From IMG/VR virus record IMGVR_UViG_3300042397_000787: a stretch of 64,000 nucleotides of DNA. One strand, 5' to 3'. The notes below the pieces were generated by a model. The model did not search any database. It saw only the letters and a program-made list of their open reading frames with translations, and was not told where the DNA came from. A program made the translations under genes and the position numbers. This document shows positions 1 to 6,640 of the stretch, in pieces (the first letter of the stretch is position 1; the number at the start of each line of letters is the position of its first letter). The stretch comes from a virus.

Positions 1-861
1 GTGCGATAGAAACTCTACGTTGAAGAACTCGCAATACTCCACATATTCAGCCGGGATAGTATAGCCACTGAGATTAATCAGCAGAGTTGCATCAAACTGG
101 TCTGAGAAATATTTTACCAAATCACGGACGACAAATGCACTACCAAAGAAAACTCTATCTACCTTCTTTTCTTTGATGAACGTAAAGAAGTTCGGCATAT
201 CATCATAGATATTATAGTAATAGTGCTTATCTGCTACCATAAGAGCAGGTAGCAAGAAGGTCATCATACAACTAACGTGATGCATGTTTCGGGTATGACA
301 AACTACGGATTGTGGTTCGAACTTGAAAACGCCTGTGTTTCTCTTTGAGAGGTCGAAGCAATCTTTCTGCGTGAAGTATACCGGTTTAGGTCTGCTGGTT
401 GTTCCACTTGATGAACCACAAAGAAAGATTTCATCGGGCGAACTATAATCTTCCAACATTTTTTCTGTGACGCTATCAATTTCTGTCTCGAAAATGTTCA
501 TTTTACAGTAGCGATTTACCATTTCCATATATGGTTCGCTTTTTGCAAGATATTCATCTACGACATGGAAGTCAATAGGATTAAATACCGAGGCTTTTGT
601 TCGGTCAATCGTTTCAACGGCCGCTGGCTTATCAAGTAATACCAGTCTCATTGCCAATTCACCCGCTGCAAAAATAAGGGCTAGATGATTTGGGCTTACC
701 ATGACAAGAGAAATGCCAAGGGAGTCTCCTCTCATGGCACCTCTTTTGACTAAGAGAAATTTCCATCGATCAATTAAGCTACACATTTCTTCGCGGGAAA
801 CTACATTTCCTTTTTCATCTTCATATGAAAAATTGTCAGTCAAAATGTTCTTGTTGATCAT
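1..861 (-). CDS. ANL-superfamily adenylate-forming (AMP-binding) enzyme, 3' end truncated by window edge
   Basis: Not in the ORF track. Manual translation from ATG at 861 is open to position 1 (MINKNILTDNF...CGSSSGTTSRPKPV...HTRNMHHVS...). Carries the SSGTTxxPK P-loop; paralog of 4516..5982. Confidence 0.8.
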   Translation of the reverse strand, partial: MINKNILTDNFSYEDEKGNVVSREEMCSLIDRWKFLLVKRGAMRGDSLGISLVMVSPNHLALIFAAGELAMRLVLLDKPAAVETIDRTKASVFNPIDFHVVDEYLAKSEPYMEMVNRYCKMNIFETEIDSVTEKMLEDYSSPDEIFLCGSSSGTTSRPKPVYFTQKDCFDLSKRNTGVFKFEPQSVVCHTRNMHHVSCMMTFLLPALMVADKHYYYNIYDDMPNFFTFIKEKKVDRVFFGSAFVVRDLVKYFSDQFDATLLINLSGYTIPAEYVEYCEFFNVEFLSH

Positions 862-875
862 AGGTTATCTCAAAC

Positions 876-963
876 TGGAGGAAGCGGTGGGATTCGAACC
901 CACGGTACCTTGCGGTACGACAGTTTTCAAGACTGTAGGTTTCAACCGCTCACCCACGCTTCC
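876..963 (-). tRNA. tRNA-Ser(TGA)
   Basis: GGAAGCG acceptor, anticodon loop CTTGAAA, long variable arm, GGTTCGAATCC, encoded CCA. Confidence 0.95.
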
Positions 964-967
964 AATA

Positions 968-1204
968 TTATACGCCCACGGCGCTACGATATGTATCTAG
1001 GATCATATCTTCTTCCTGTCTCACATGTGCTTCCAGCTTACGGAGACGCACAATCTTACGAACGGCCTTGGTATCAAACCCTTCACCCTTCAATTCAGAA
1101 TAGACTTCCTTACGGTCAATCTTCTTCACATCAATCTCGGCTTCGATGTTTTCAATACGCTCAATGAACAGGCGAAGTTGGTCTACTGCAATAATATCAC
1201 TCAT
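968..1204 (-). CDS. gapR: GapR/DUF2312 family nucleoid-associated DNA-binding protein
   Basis: QLRLFIERIENIE...KEVYSELKGEGFDTKAVRKIVRLRK...EEDMILDTY matches the family signature. Confidence 0.88.
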   Translation of the reverse strand: MSDIIAVDQLRLFIERIENIEAEIDVKKIDRKEVYSELKGEGFDTKAVRKIVRLRKLEAHVRQEEDMILDTYRSAVGV

Positions 1205-1225
1205 TATATATGTCCTTAAAAAAGA

Positions 1226-1301
1226 TGGATGCCCCTCCAGGGCTCGAACCTGGACTCTTCGGAATCAAAATCCAACGTGTTGCCAATTACACCAAGGGGC
1301 A
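1226..1301 (-). tRNA. tRNA-Gln(TTG)
   Basis: TGCCCCT acceptor, anticodon loop TTTTGAT, T-loop TTCGAGC, CCA. Confidence 0.93.
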
Positions 1302-1302
1302 A

Positions 1303-1378
1303 TGGTACGGGATGACGGGCTCGAACCGCCGACATTCTGCGTGTAAAGCAGACGCTCTACCAACTGAGCTAATCCCGC
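1303..1378 (-). tRNA. tRNA-Val(TAC)
   Basis: Canonical cloverleaf, anticodon loop TTTACAC, CCA. Confidence 0.95.
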
Positions 1379-2046
1379 GTAATTATGACCAGATCTTGTC
1401 TCCAGTCATTTGATATTATAGTCGTTTTATTGTATTTGTCAAGCATTTTTGAAAAATAATCAACGTTATAATATGTCCACAAGAAACGAACATTTTCTTG
1501 AGGAAACTCTTGTGTTATTTTAGACTTTGTTTTACCATCTACGTCACATTGATAGACGTAACAATAGTCCATATTTTCATGCTCTGGGAAAAATCTAAGA
1601 AGTCCTATTTCACCATAAACGGTTTCAGTATCTTTTCCGTATGCTGTCCAAGAAATTAACATTTTTCCGTTTTCGGCCAAGTGACTATAAAGCCACTCTA
1701 TTAGGGTCAACATCTCTTCTTTTGAAGTATGTGTGAAGACACTATGCGCTATGATTAAATCATACTTTTCTTCTATTACTGGAAGTTGTTCTTTTCCTCC
1801 AGGATTATATTCTGGATTAAATCCGTCATAATGGATGAAGTTTGCACCAGGAAACATACGTCTTCCTGTTTCAATTGCATCCTCACAGATATCAATGCCA
1901 GTATAATTTTCTTGAGGAAAAGATCCGTTAGAAGTTTCTAGAAATATACCATAGTTGCAACCAAAATCTAATACCTTTCGTTCATCGACATCTGGTATCA
2001 TATCTTTTATCACAGTATGAATGGGCAAATAATAGTGTATTAGCAT
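1369..2046 (-). CDS. Class I SAM-dependent methyltransferase
   Basis: VLDFGCNYG motif I, YTGIDI, YDLIIAHSVFTH. Confidence 0.85.
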   Translation of the reverse strand: MLIHYYLPIHTVIKDMIPDVDERKVLDFGCNYGIFLETSNGSFPQENYTGIDICEDAIETGRRMFPGANFIHYDGFNPEYNPGGKEQLPVIEEKYDLIIAHSVFTHTSKEEMLTLIEWLYSHLAENGKMLISWTAYGKDTETVYGEIGLLRFFPEHENMDYCYVYQCDVDGKTKSKITQEFPQENVRFLWTYYNVDYFSKMLDKYNKTTIISNDWRQDLVIITRD

Positions 2047-2487
2047 TTAGTGCCTCACTACATGGTCGGCAGCATGTGTTGCCGCAAACGAATCGGGTTT
2101 GATTTTAGCATCAATCCCTGTTGTTCCCTTAACATACCCCAATGCTTCTTTAACAGCAATGTTAGATTTATGCTTGGGATCTGGATTGATATCAAGGTGG
2201 ATTTCTAGATGCCGATTGCCAATTACATCAACAATTTCAGTTGCTGCTTCGATGGCAAATCCTGCTTCGGTAATCAGACGTTGACGTAAGTTACCAAAGT
2301 CACGCATTTCTACGTTTCTAGAAAATATTTTACCGCCATGCTTAGAATCCATGTGAAGAATAATGACGGTGGAATACTTGGCGTACCACTCACCGCTACG
2401 CTTTTTGAATCTAATAGAATCAGCACCTATATAAACAGATGACGTTTCACTGGAGTTTAGAATTGCTTCTCTTGCCTCATCATACAT
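2047..2487 (-). CDS. RNase H-like YkuK/DUF458 family protein
   Basis: VYIGADS, RLITEA, EIHLDINP, ATHAADH motifs. Confidence 0.75.
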   Translation of the reverse strand: MYDEAREAILNSSETSSVYIGADSIRFKKRSGEWYAKYSTVIILHMDSKHGGKIFSRNVEMRDFGNLRQRLITEAGFAIEAATEIVDVIGNRHLEIHLDINPDPKHKSNIAVKEALGYVKGTTGIDAKIKPDSFAATHAADHVVRH

Positions 2488-2505
2488 GCGTCACCTGTTT
2501 ATAAA

Positions 2506-2579
2506 TGGCGAAGGTGCCGGGATTCGAACCCGGAACGACGGTTTTGGAGACCGTAATGATACCATTTCACTACACCAAC
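2506..2579 (-). tRNA. tRNA-Trp(CCA)
   Basis: Anticodon loop CTCCAAA, T-arm CCGGG-TTCGAAT-CCCGG, CCA; two U-U mismatches in the acceptor stem. Confidence 0.88.
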
Positions 2580-2586
2580 AAAAAAA

Positions 2587-2663
2587 TGGTCTGGAATGTA
2601 GGATTCGAACCTACGACCCCCTGCTCCCAAAGCAGGTGCGCTACCAGGCTGCGCTAATCCCAG
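2587..2663 (-). tRNA. tRNA-Pro(TGG)
   Basis: Canonical cloverleaf, anticodon loop TTTGGGA, CCA. Confidence 0.95.
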
Positions 2664-2672
2664 AAACTTTAG

Positions 2673-2861
2673 TTACTTTGAATCTGCTTGTGGAGTTGCT
2701 TCCGACGCAACAACTTCTACAGTTTCTGTTGCATTTGCTGTAGCAAGTGCAGCATCAGCCGCTGGGCCAGCAGCTTCCGATACAGATGGTGTTTCCGCGG
2801 TAGGAGCGCAAGCGGCAGTAAGAGCGGCAACTGCGAGAACCATAAAAGTCTTGATATTCAT
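2673..2861 (-). CDS. Small Ala-rich lipoprotein
   Basis: Signal peptide with lipobox LTAA-C followed by a low-complexity Ala/Thr/Glu tail; upstream AAGGA RBS. Confidence 0.7.
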   Translation of the reverse strand: MNIKTFMVLAVAALTAACAPTAETPSVSEAAGPAADAALATANATETVEVVASEATPQADSK

Positions 2862-2918
2862 AATTAATTCCTTGGTTGTTATATGAAATTATCGCGCATC
2901 TAACATTCGTGATAATTC

Positions 2919-3000
2919 TGGAGCCCAAGATAGGATTCGAACCTACATCTTACTTCCAGTTACCTTTGGCTCCGTTCGTAGCGGAGAGGGATACTTGGGC
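2919..3000 (-). tRNA. Non-canonical tRNA-like RNA, anticodon ACG (Arg), D-arm absent from its normal position
   Basis: GCCCAAG/CTTGGGC acceptor + TCCA; CTCCG-CTACGAA-CGGAG anticodon arm; GTAGG-TTCGAAT-CCTAT T-arm; 7-nt 5' connector and 23-nt 3' connector. Confidence 0.8.
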
Positions 3001-3005
3001 AAACT

Positions 3006-3078
3006 TGGAGCGACCGATGGGATTCGAACCCACTCCGTCAGCTTGGAAGGCTGAGTCCTCACCCAGGAGAACAGTCGC
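3006..3078 (-). tRNA. tRNA-Gly(TCC), atypical D-arm
   Basis: GCGACTG/CGGTCGC acceptor, U73, anticodon loop CTTCCAA; D region TTCTCCTGGGTGAGGA. Confidence 0.85.
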
Positions 3079-3084
3079 ATTTAT

Positions 3085-3393
3085 CTAAATGCTGGCTCTA
3101 ATAGCTATGACAGTTTGCACATCATAGAAATCATCTTGGTCTAGACCTTCTGATTCAAGAGTTACAACTTCTGCTTCATCGATGAATGTTATTCTGGAAT
3201 CTGCAAGCTCTCTTGCAACACAAGCCTGTGCCGCTGCCTGCGTAGAATACAAAGTGCAGAGAGGATTTCCAGGCTTTACACCTAGAAAATCAGTATCATC
3301 AATTAGACTATCGAACTTTTCAGCCAGATCGTTACCTGCTAGAGAGTTGTAATGGTTAGCATTATTAACAAAAAATTTAGCGATATATGCCAT
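3085..3393 (-). CDS. Hypothetical protein, paralog of 3419..3706
   Basis: ORF with AGGA RBS; shares motifs with its neighbour. Confidence 0.7.
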   Translation of the reverse strand: MAYIAKFFVNNANHYNSLAGNDLAEKFDSLIDDTDFLGVKPGNPLCTLYSTQAAAQACVARELADSRITFIDEAEVVTLESEGLDQDDFYDVQTVIAIRASI

Positions 3394-3418
3394 TGCTTTT
3401 TTCCTGCTCTTTTATGTA

Positions 3419-3706
3419 TTAATTGTCGGGAACATAGAAATCGCTGACCGCTAAGCCATCAGCATCTTCTAGAGGCATTACGGTGGTAGTCGGTTGACCA
3501 CCGATTACAAGAGGATCTGCCCGATGACTTTCTGCAAAAGCATAGGCATTTTCTGCCGTGTCGAATAGAAAATATGTGGTCATGCCGCCTTTTAGGCCGA
3601 TGAAGCCAGTTCTGCTTTTCCAATCATCATTTCGACTCTTTTTTGCCTCGGGTGAATGGTCAATGTGATTAACTTGAACCAAGGTACATTTTACAACATA
3701 AGACAT
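3419..3706 (-). CDS. Hypothetical protein, paralog of 3085..3393
   Basis: ORF with GGAGA RBS downstream of a late promoter. Confidence 0.7.
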   Translation of the reverse strand: MSYVVKCTLVQVNHIDHSPEAKKSRNDDWKSRTGFIGLKGGMTTYFLFDTAENAYAFAESHRADPLVIGGQPTTTVMPLEDADGLAVSDFYVPDN

Positions 3707-3738
3707 AAATTTTCTCCAACAATGGGTATCTCTATCGC

Positions 3739-3746
3739 TATTTATA
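3739..3746 (-). promoter_or_regulatory. T4-type late promoter TATAAATA
   Basis: Exact gp55 consensus upstream of 3419..3706. Confidence 0.65.
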
Positions 3747-3750
3747 ACAT

Positions 3751-3827
3751 TGGCGACTCGGACGGGACTTGAACCCGCAACTTCCAGCGTGACAGGCTGG
3801 TGCTCTAACCAATTGAACTACCGAGCC
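3751..3827 (-). tRNA. tRNA-Asp(GTC)
   Basis: Canonical cloverleaf, anticodon loop CTGTCAC, CCA. Confidence 0.95.
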
Positions 3828-3833
3828 TTATAT

Positions 3834-3918
3834 TGGTGGGCCAGTGAGGTATCGATCCTCCCCCGAAGACGGACGAGATTTACAGTCTCGCTGCTAGAGC
3901 CACTAGCTTTACCGACCC
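3834..3918 (-). tRNA. tRNA-Tyr(GTA), atypical D-arm and T-loop
   Basis: Anticodon loop CTGTAAA, variable arm CCG-TCTT-CGG, T-loop ATCGATA, 5-bp D-stem GCTAG/CTAGC, ACCA. Confidence 0.85.
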
Positions 3919-3923
3919 AAAAA

Positions 3924-3999
3924 TGGTGCTCCCGAACGGATTCGAACCGCTGACACGTGGTTCTTCAAACCACTGCTCTACCAACTGAGCTACAGGAGC
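3924..3999 (-). tRNA. tRNA-Phe(GAA)
   Basis: Canonical cloverleaf, anticodon loop TTGAAGA, CCA. Confidence 0.95.
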
Positions 4000-4006
4000 G
4001 TAATAG

Positions 4007-4089
4007 TGGTACGCCTAGAGGGACTCGAACCCCCACGCTTTCGCACTGGTACCTAAAACCAGCGTGTCTACCAATTCCACCATAGGCGC
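4007..4089 (-). tRNA. tRNA-Leu(TAG)
   Basis: Anticodon loop TTTAGGT, variable arm, CCA. Confidence 0.93.
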
Positions 4090-4098
4090 AAAAAGAGC

Positions 4099-4211
4099 GA
4101 CCACCTGCAGTGTGCCTTGATCGAATTACGTCCGGGCGCTTCGATCTTCCCAGATAAAGAATACTGTTGCAACAGTATCTCTACCCCTTCGCGGGTTCAG
4201 CAGAGGTGGTC
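4099..4211 (-). ncRNA. Unassigned structured ncRNA (multi-stem, possible pseudoknot)
   Basis: Closing stem GACCACCT/AGGTGGTC enclosing three hairpins; fills the spacer between two tRNAs. Confidence 0.65.
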
Positions 4212-4216
4212 TAACT

Positions 4217-4292
4217 TGGTGGAGAATAACGGGTTCGAACCGTTGACATCCAGCTTGCAAAGCTGGCGCTCTACCAACTGAGCTAATTCCCC
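4217..4292 (-). tRNA. tRNA-Ala(TGC)
   Basis: GGGGAAT acceptor with G3-U70, anticodon loop TTTGCAA, CCA. Confidence 0.95.
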
Positions 4293-4300
4293 AAAACTTA

Positions 4301-4534
4301 TTATTTTTTATAAGAGTTAATATATTTTTGGTATTCTTTGTTTGGATGATTTACCAATCGTTTATGGTACAGATCAATTATAGTTTTTGCGGCCGTACCA
4401 GGCAACAGATTAGGAAAAAATCCATGTATGAAACTTGCTAATGCTGCCCAAAGTAATCTCAGTCCAGCCGAATTTGCAAAAACAAAATGGCTTAAATAAG
4501 TTTCTTTGCTTTTTTCTAAGTGTTCTCTAAACAT
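4301..4534 (-). CDS. DUF6356-like small protein
   Basis: HLEKSKETYLSH...ASFIHGFFP pattern. Confidence 0.6.
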   Translation of the reverse strand: MFREHLEKSKETYLSHFVFANSAGLRLLWAALASFIHGFFPNLLPGTAAKTIIDLYHKRLVNHPNKEYQKYINSYKK

Positions 4535-5982
4535 CTAAAAAATTCCCTCATTAATTCTTTATCTAACTTGACTCCAAAATAGTAATCTTTGAAATCCAGA
4601 ATTGCAAACTTATCTATACGAACTAGATTGGTTCCGTGATGAAAGAGAATTGCAGCATCTATTTCCATAACTAATTCGTTTATATCTTTATCATAAGACG
4701 AGTTGATTGCTAGATAGATTTGGTTTTCGATAATATCTATAACAACAGAAACGTTGTTATCATATTTAGCAGAAATATTTTCAAGGAATGGCAAGTCTAC
4801 TGTAGTATCATTGATACGAATGACATCGGTGCGCCCGGTATGTTTATACTCATGCCAGTGGGCTTTTACCTTCACGAACTTATCATTCGTAGCTACCGTC
4901 TTATCATAAACGGGCATGTGAACTAAGAGACCGCCTTCTTCATCGAAAGAAACGCCATAGAAAGCATCTGGTTTAAAAAACTCGGTGTTATCAAAAGTAT
5001 CGGCATTAACCGCGGTTAATCTGGACAACAGAAGTGGTCCAGCAGTTTCATTGCAACCAAAAACACTTTCTATGCTTTCAACATAACCTTCTTTCACATA
5101 TTTCGTATAATCATATGGAATGTAAGACAGAAGATCCAAACGCATATTTGGATATTTTACGCCGTGATTTTCCAACGAAGTAAAAAACTTATCGGAAAGA
5201 TCCCTATATGATAAAGTGGCATGATTGATATCTTGGTCCTTCAAAGTCAGGACTAAGTTATCAAGAATTTCCGCGCGGTGTGACATAAGATAGTGGTTCT
5301 TTACCGCATCGCTATGCAACGAAGGTAAGAAAAACACACTCAAACTACTACCGTGATTAAGGTTTCTGCTATGCAGAACGTTACCCGAAAATCTCGACGA
5401 ATTTCTCTTACACAATTCATAGAAAAATCTATGTGTATGTGTAAGTAGCTTCGGAGTATTTGTGGTACCGCTGCTGGTGCATATCATTAAAGTATCGTCT
5501 GGGTGCGGCCGAATTACAGAGATTTCATCAAATCTTTTTTGATTGTCAACTGTAATAAGACGCAAATCCTCAATGCTAAATGATTTATTGCAATAGTCTA
5601 TGAACCACGCGGATTTAGAATATGAATAACCGGCAGCATCATGAATATAGATGTTGATAGGCGACAGTAACTTAACTTTAGGATTTACCTTATCACTAGC
5701 CAGATATGCTGGCAGTTGATCCGCAATAGTAACTACCAAGGACAACTCGAAACTGGCAAAACAAAGGGCAAGATAGTCACTATCTACCACTAGTAGTCCG
5801 ATAAGAATCCTATCGCCTTTTTTGGCGCCGCATGTTTCAGTTAAAACATACTTCCAATGGTCAATCTTCTTGACCAATTCATCTTTATTAATCGAATCTG
5901 GTGTGGGGTATTCTGTTGCAAGAGGACTAATGTCTACGCTTTGATAATTGTCCGAGATAAAATCTCTCGTTAAAGTCTGCAT
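4516..5982 (-). CDS. ANL-superfamily adenylate-forming (AMP-binding) enzyme
   Basis: TSSGTTNTPK (A3), FGCNET (A5), ATND (A7), TGRTD (A8), GVKLDK (A10). Start moved to MQTLTR, which has a GGAGA RBS. Confidence 0.85.
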   Translation of the reverse strand: MQTLTRDFISDNYQSVDISPLATEYPTPDSINKDELVKKIDHWKYVLTETCGAKKGDRILIGLLVVDSDYLALCFASFELSLVVTIADQLPAYLASDKVNPKVKLLSPINIYIHDAAGYSYSKSAWFIDYCNKSFSIEDLRLITVDNQKRFDEISVIRPHPDDTLMICTSSGTTNTPKLLTHTHRFFYELCKRNSSRFSGNVLHSRNLNHGSSLSVFFLPSLHSDAVKNHYLMSHRAEILDNLVLTLKDQDINHATLSYRDLSDKFFTSLENHGVKYPNMRLDLLSYIPYDYTKYVKEGYVESIESVFGCNETAGPLLLSRLTAVNADTFDNTEFFKPDAFYGVSFDEEGGLLVHMPVYDKTVATNDKFVKVKAHWHEYKHTGRTDVIRINDTTVDLPFLENISAKYDNNVSVVIDIIENQIYLAINSSYDKDINELVMEIDAAILFHHGTNLVRIDKFAILDFKDYYFGVKLDKELMREFFRCLENT

Positions 5983-6010
5983 AACATCTCCATTGTTTAA
6001 AACATAAAGC

Positions 6011-6159
6011 GAAGTGGGTGGATTCGGATATACCACCAAGCAACTAGCCAAATACCTATGTATCTATTTCGTCGCCACGACTCGTTAGCTGGTTAAGCAG
6101 GAGACCAATCCCCGAGTCTACCTTATCCCCTCTGGCAGGAGAGTATTCAGTCACACTTC
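6011..6159 (-). ncRNA. Structured ncRNA, possibly manA-motif-like
   Basis: Closing stem GAAGTG/CACTTC; internal helices GACTCG/CGAGTC, GGCGAC/GTTGCT, TAGATAC/GTATTTG, GGTGG/CCACC. Confidence 0.65.
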
Positions 6160-6185
6160 TTACAGCCTCCGTCGAGGCTGATATC

Positions 6186-6260
6186 TGGTTGCAGGAGTCG
6201 GACTTGAACCGACGACCTTCTGGTTATGAGCCAGACGAGCTACCACTGCTCCACCCTGCG
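6186..6260 (-). tRNA. tRNA-Met(CAT), initiator-like
   Basis: C1:A72 mismatch, anticodon loop CTCATAA, CCA. Confidence 0.92.
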
Positions 6261-6266
6261 TCAAAC

Positions 6267-6341
6267 TGGCTCCCTAAGATGGATTCGAACCACCGACCAA
6301 TTGATTAACAGTCAACTGCGCTACCGCTGCGCCATTAGGGA
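6267..6341 (-). tRNA. tRNA-Asn(GTT)
   Basis: TCCCTAA acceptor, anticodon loop CTGTTAA, GCCA. Confidence 0.95.
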
Positions 6342-6348
6342 ATAAAAA

Positions 6349-6424
<76 letters not shown>

Positions 6425-6428
6425 AAAA

Positions 6429-6517
6429 ACTTATTAGAAGAATGCACTGGACCAGCGCATGCCATTTGCAACTAACATCATCGGAATCGAACCGAGCAAT
6501 GCACTCATCTAATAAGT
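6429..6517 (-). ncRNA. YrlA/Y-RNA-like tRNA mimic
   Basis: About 20-bp terminal stem enclosing a T-arm (TCGG-TTCGATT-CCGA), a second hairpin and a CTGG segment, followed by a U-tract. Confidence 0.6.
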
Positions 6518-6560
6518 CATGTGGGAGAGCCGAAGCCCTCCCGACACAAACTTTATCTAA

Positions 6561-6574
6561 CAATGTCAAAGAAC
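6561..6574 (-). promoter_or_regulatory. boxA-like antitermination element in the tRNA operon leader
   Basis: GTTCTTTGACATTG just downstream of the promoters, followed by a UUCG hairpin (6520..6547). Confidence 0.55.
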
Positions 6575-6582
6575 CGAAACTC

Positions 6583-6620
6583 TATTTATACACTTTACTA
6601 CACTTTTTAGTGTAAGTCAA
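6583..6620 (-). promoter_or_regulatory. Tandem sigma70-type (TTGACT-17-TAAAGT) and late (TATAAATA) promoters of the tRNA operon
   Basis: Consensus matches with an AT-rich UP region. Confidence 0.65.
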
Positions 6621-6640
6621 GTTCTTTTTAAAATTTATTT

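Noticed and set aside
701-1413. Plus-strand ORFs 701..1000, 910..1167, 1146..1346, 1210..1413 (also 2486..2743, 2876..3088, 3750..3953)
   Set aside because: Antisense shadows of tRNA genes and minus-strand CDSs; the GFEP/GLEP peptides are translated T-arms.
4099-4211. Possible tRNA-associated HDV-like (theta) ribozyme
   Set aside because: The closing helix ends the element, and no P1.1/P4/J4-2/P2' segment follows before tRNA-Leu, so the HDV topology is not met.
5983-6051. N-terminal extension of the AMP ligase in the ORF track
   Set aside because: Runs into the structured RNA; the ATG at 5982 has a clear GGAGA RBS.
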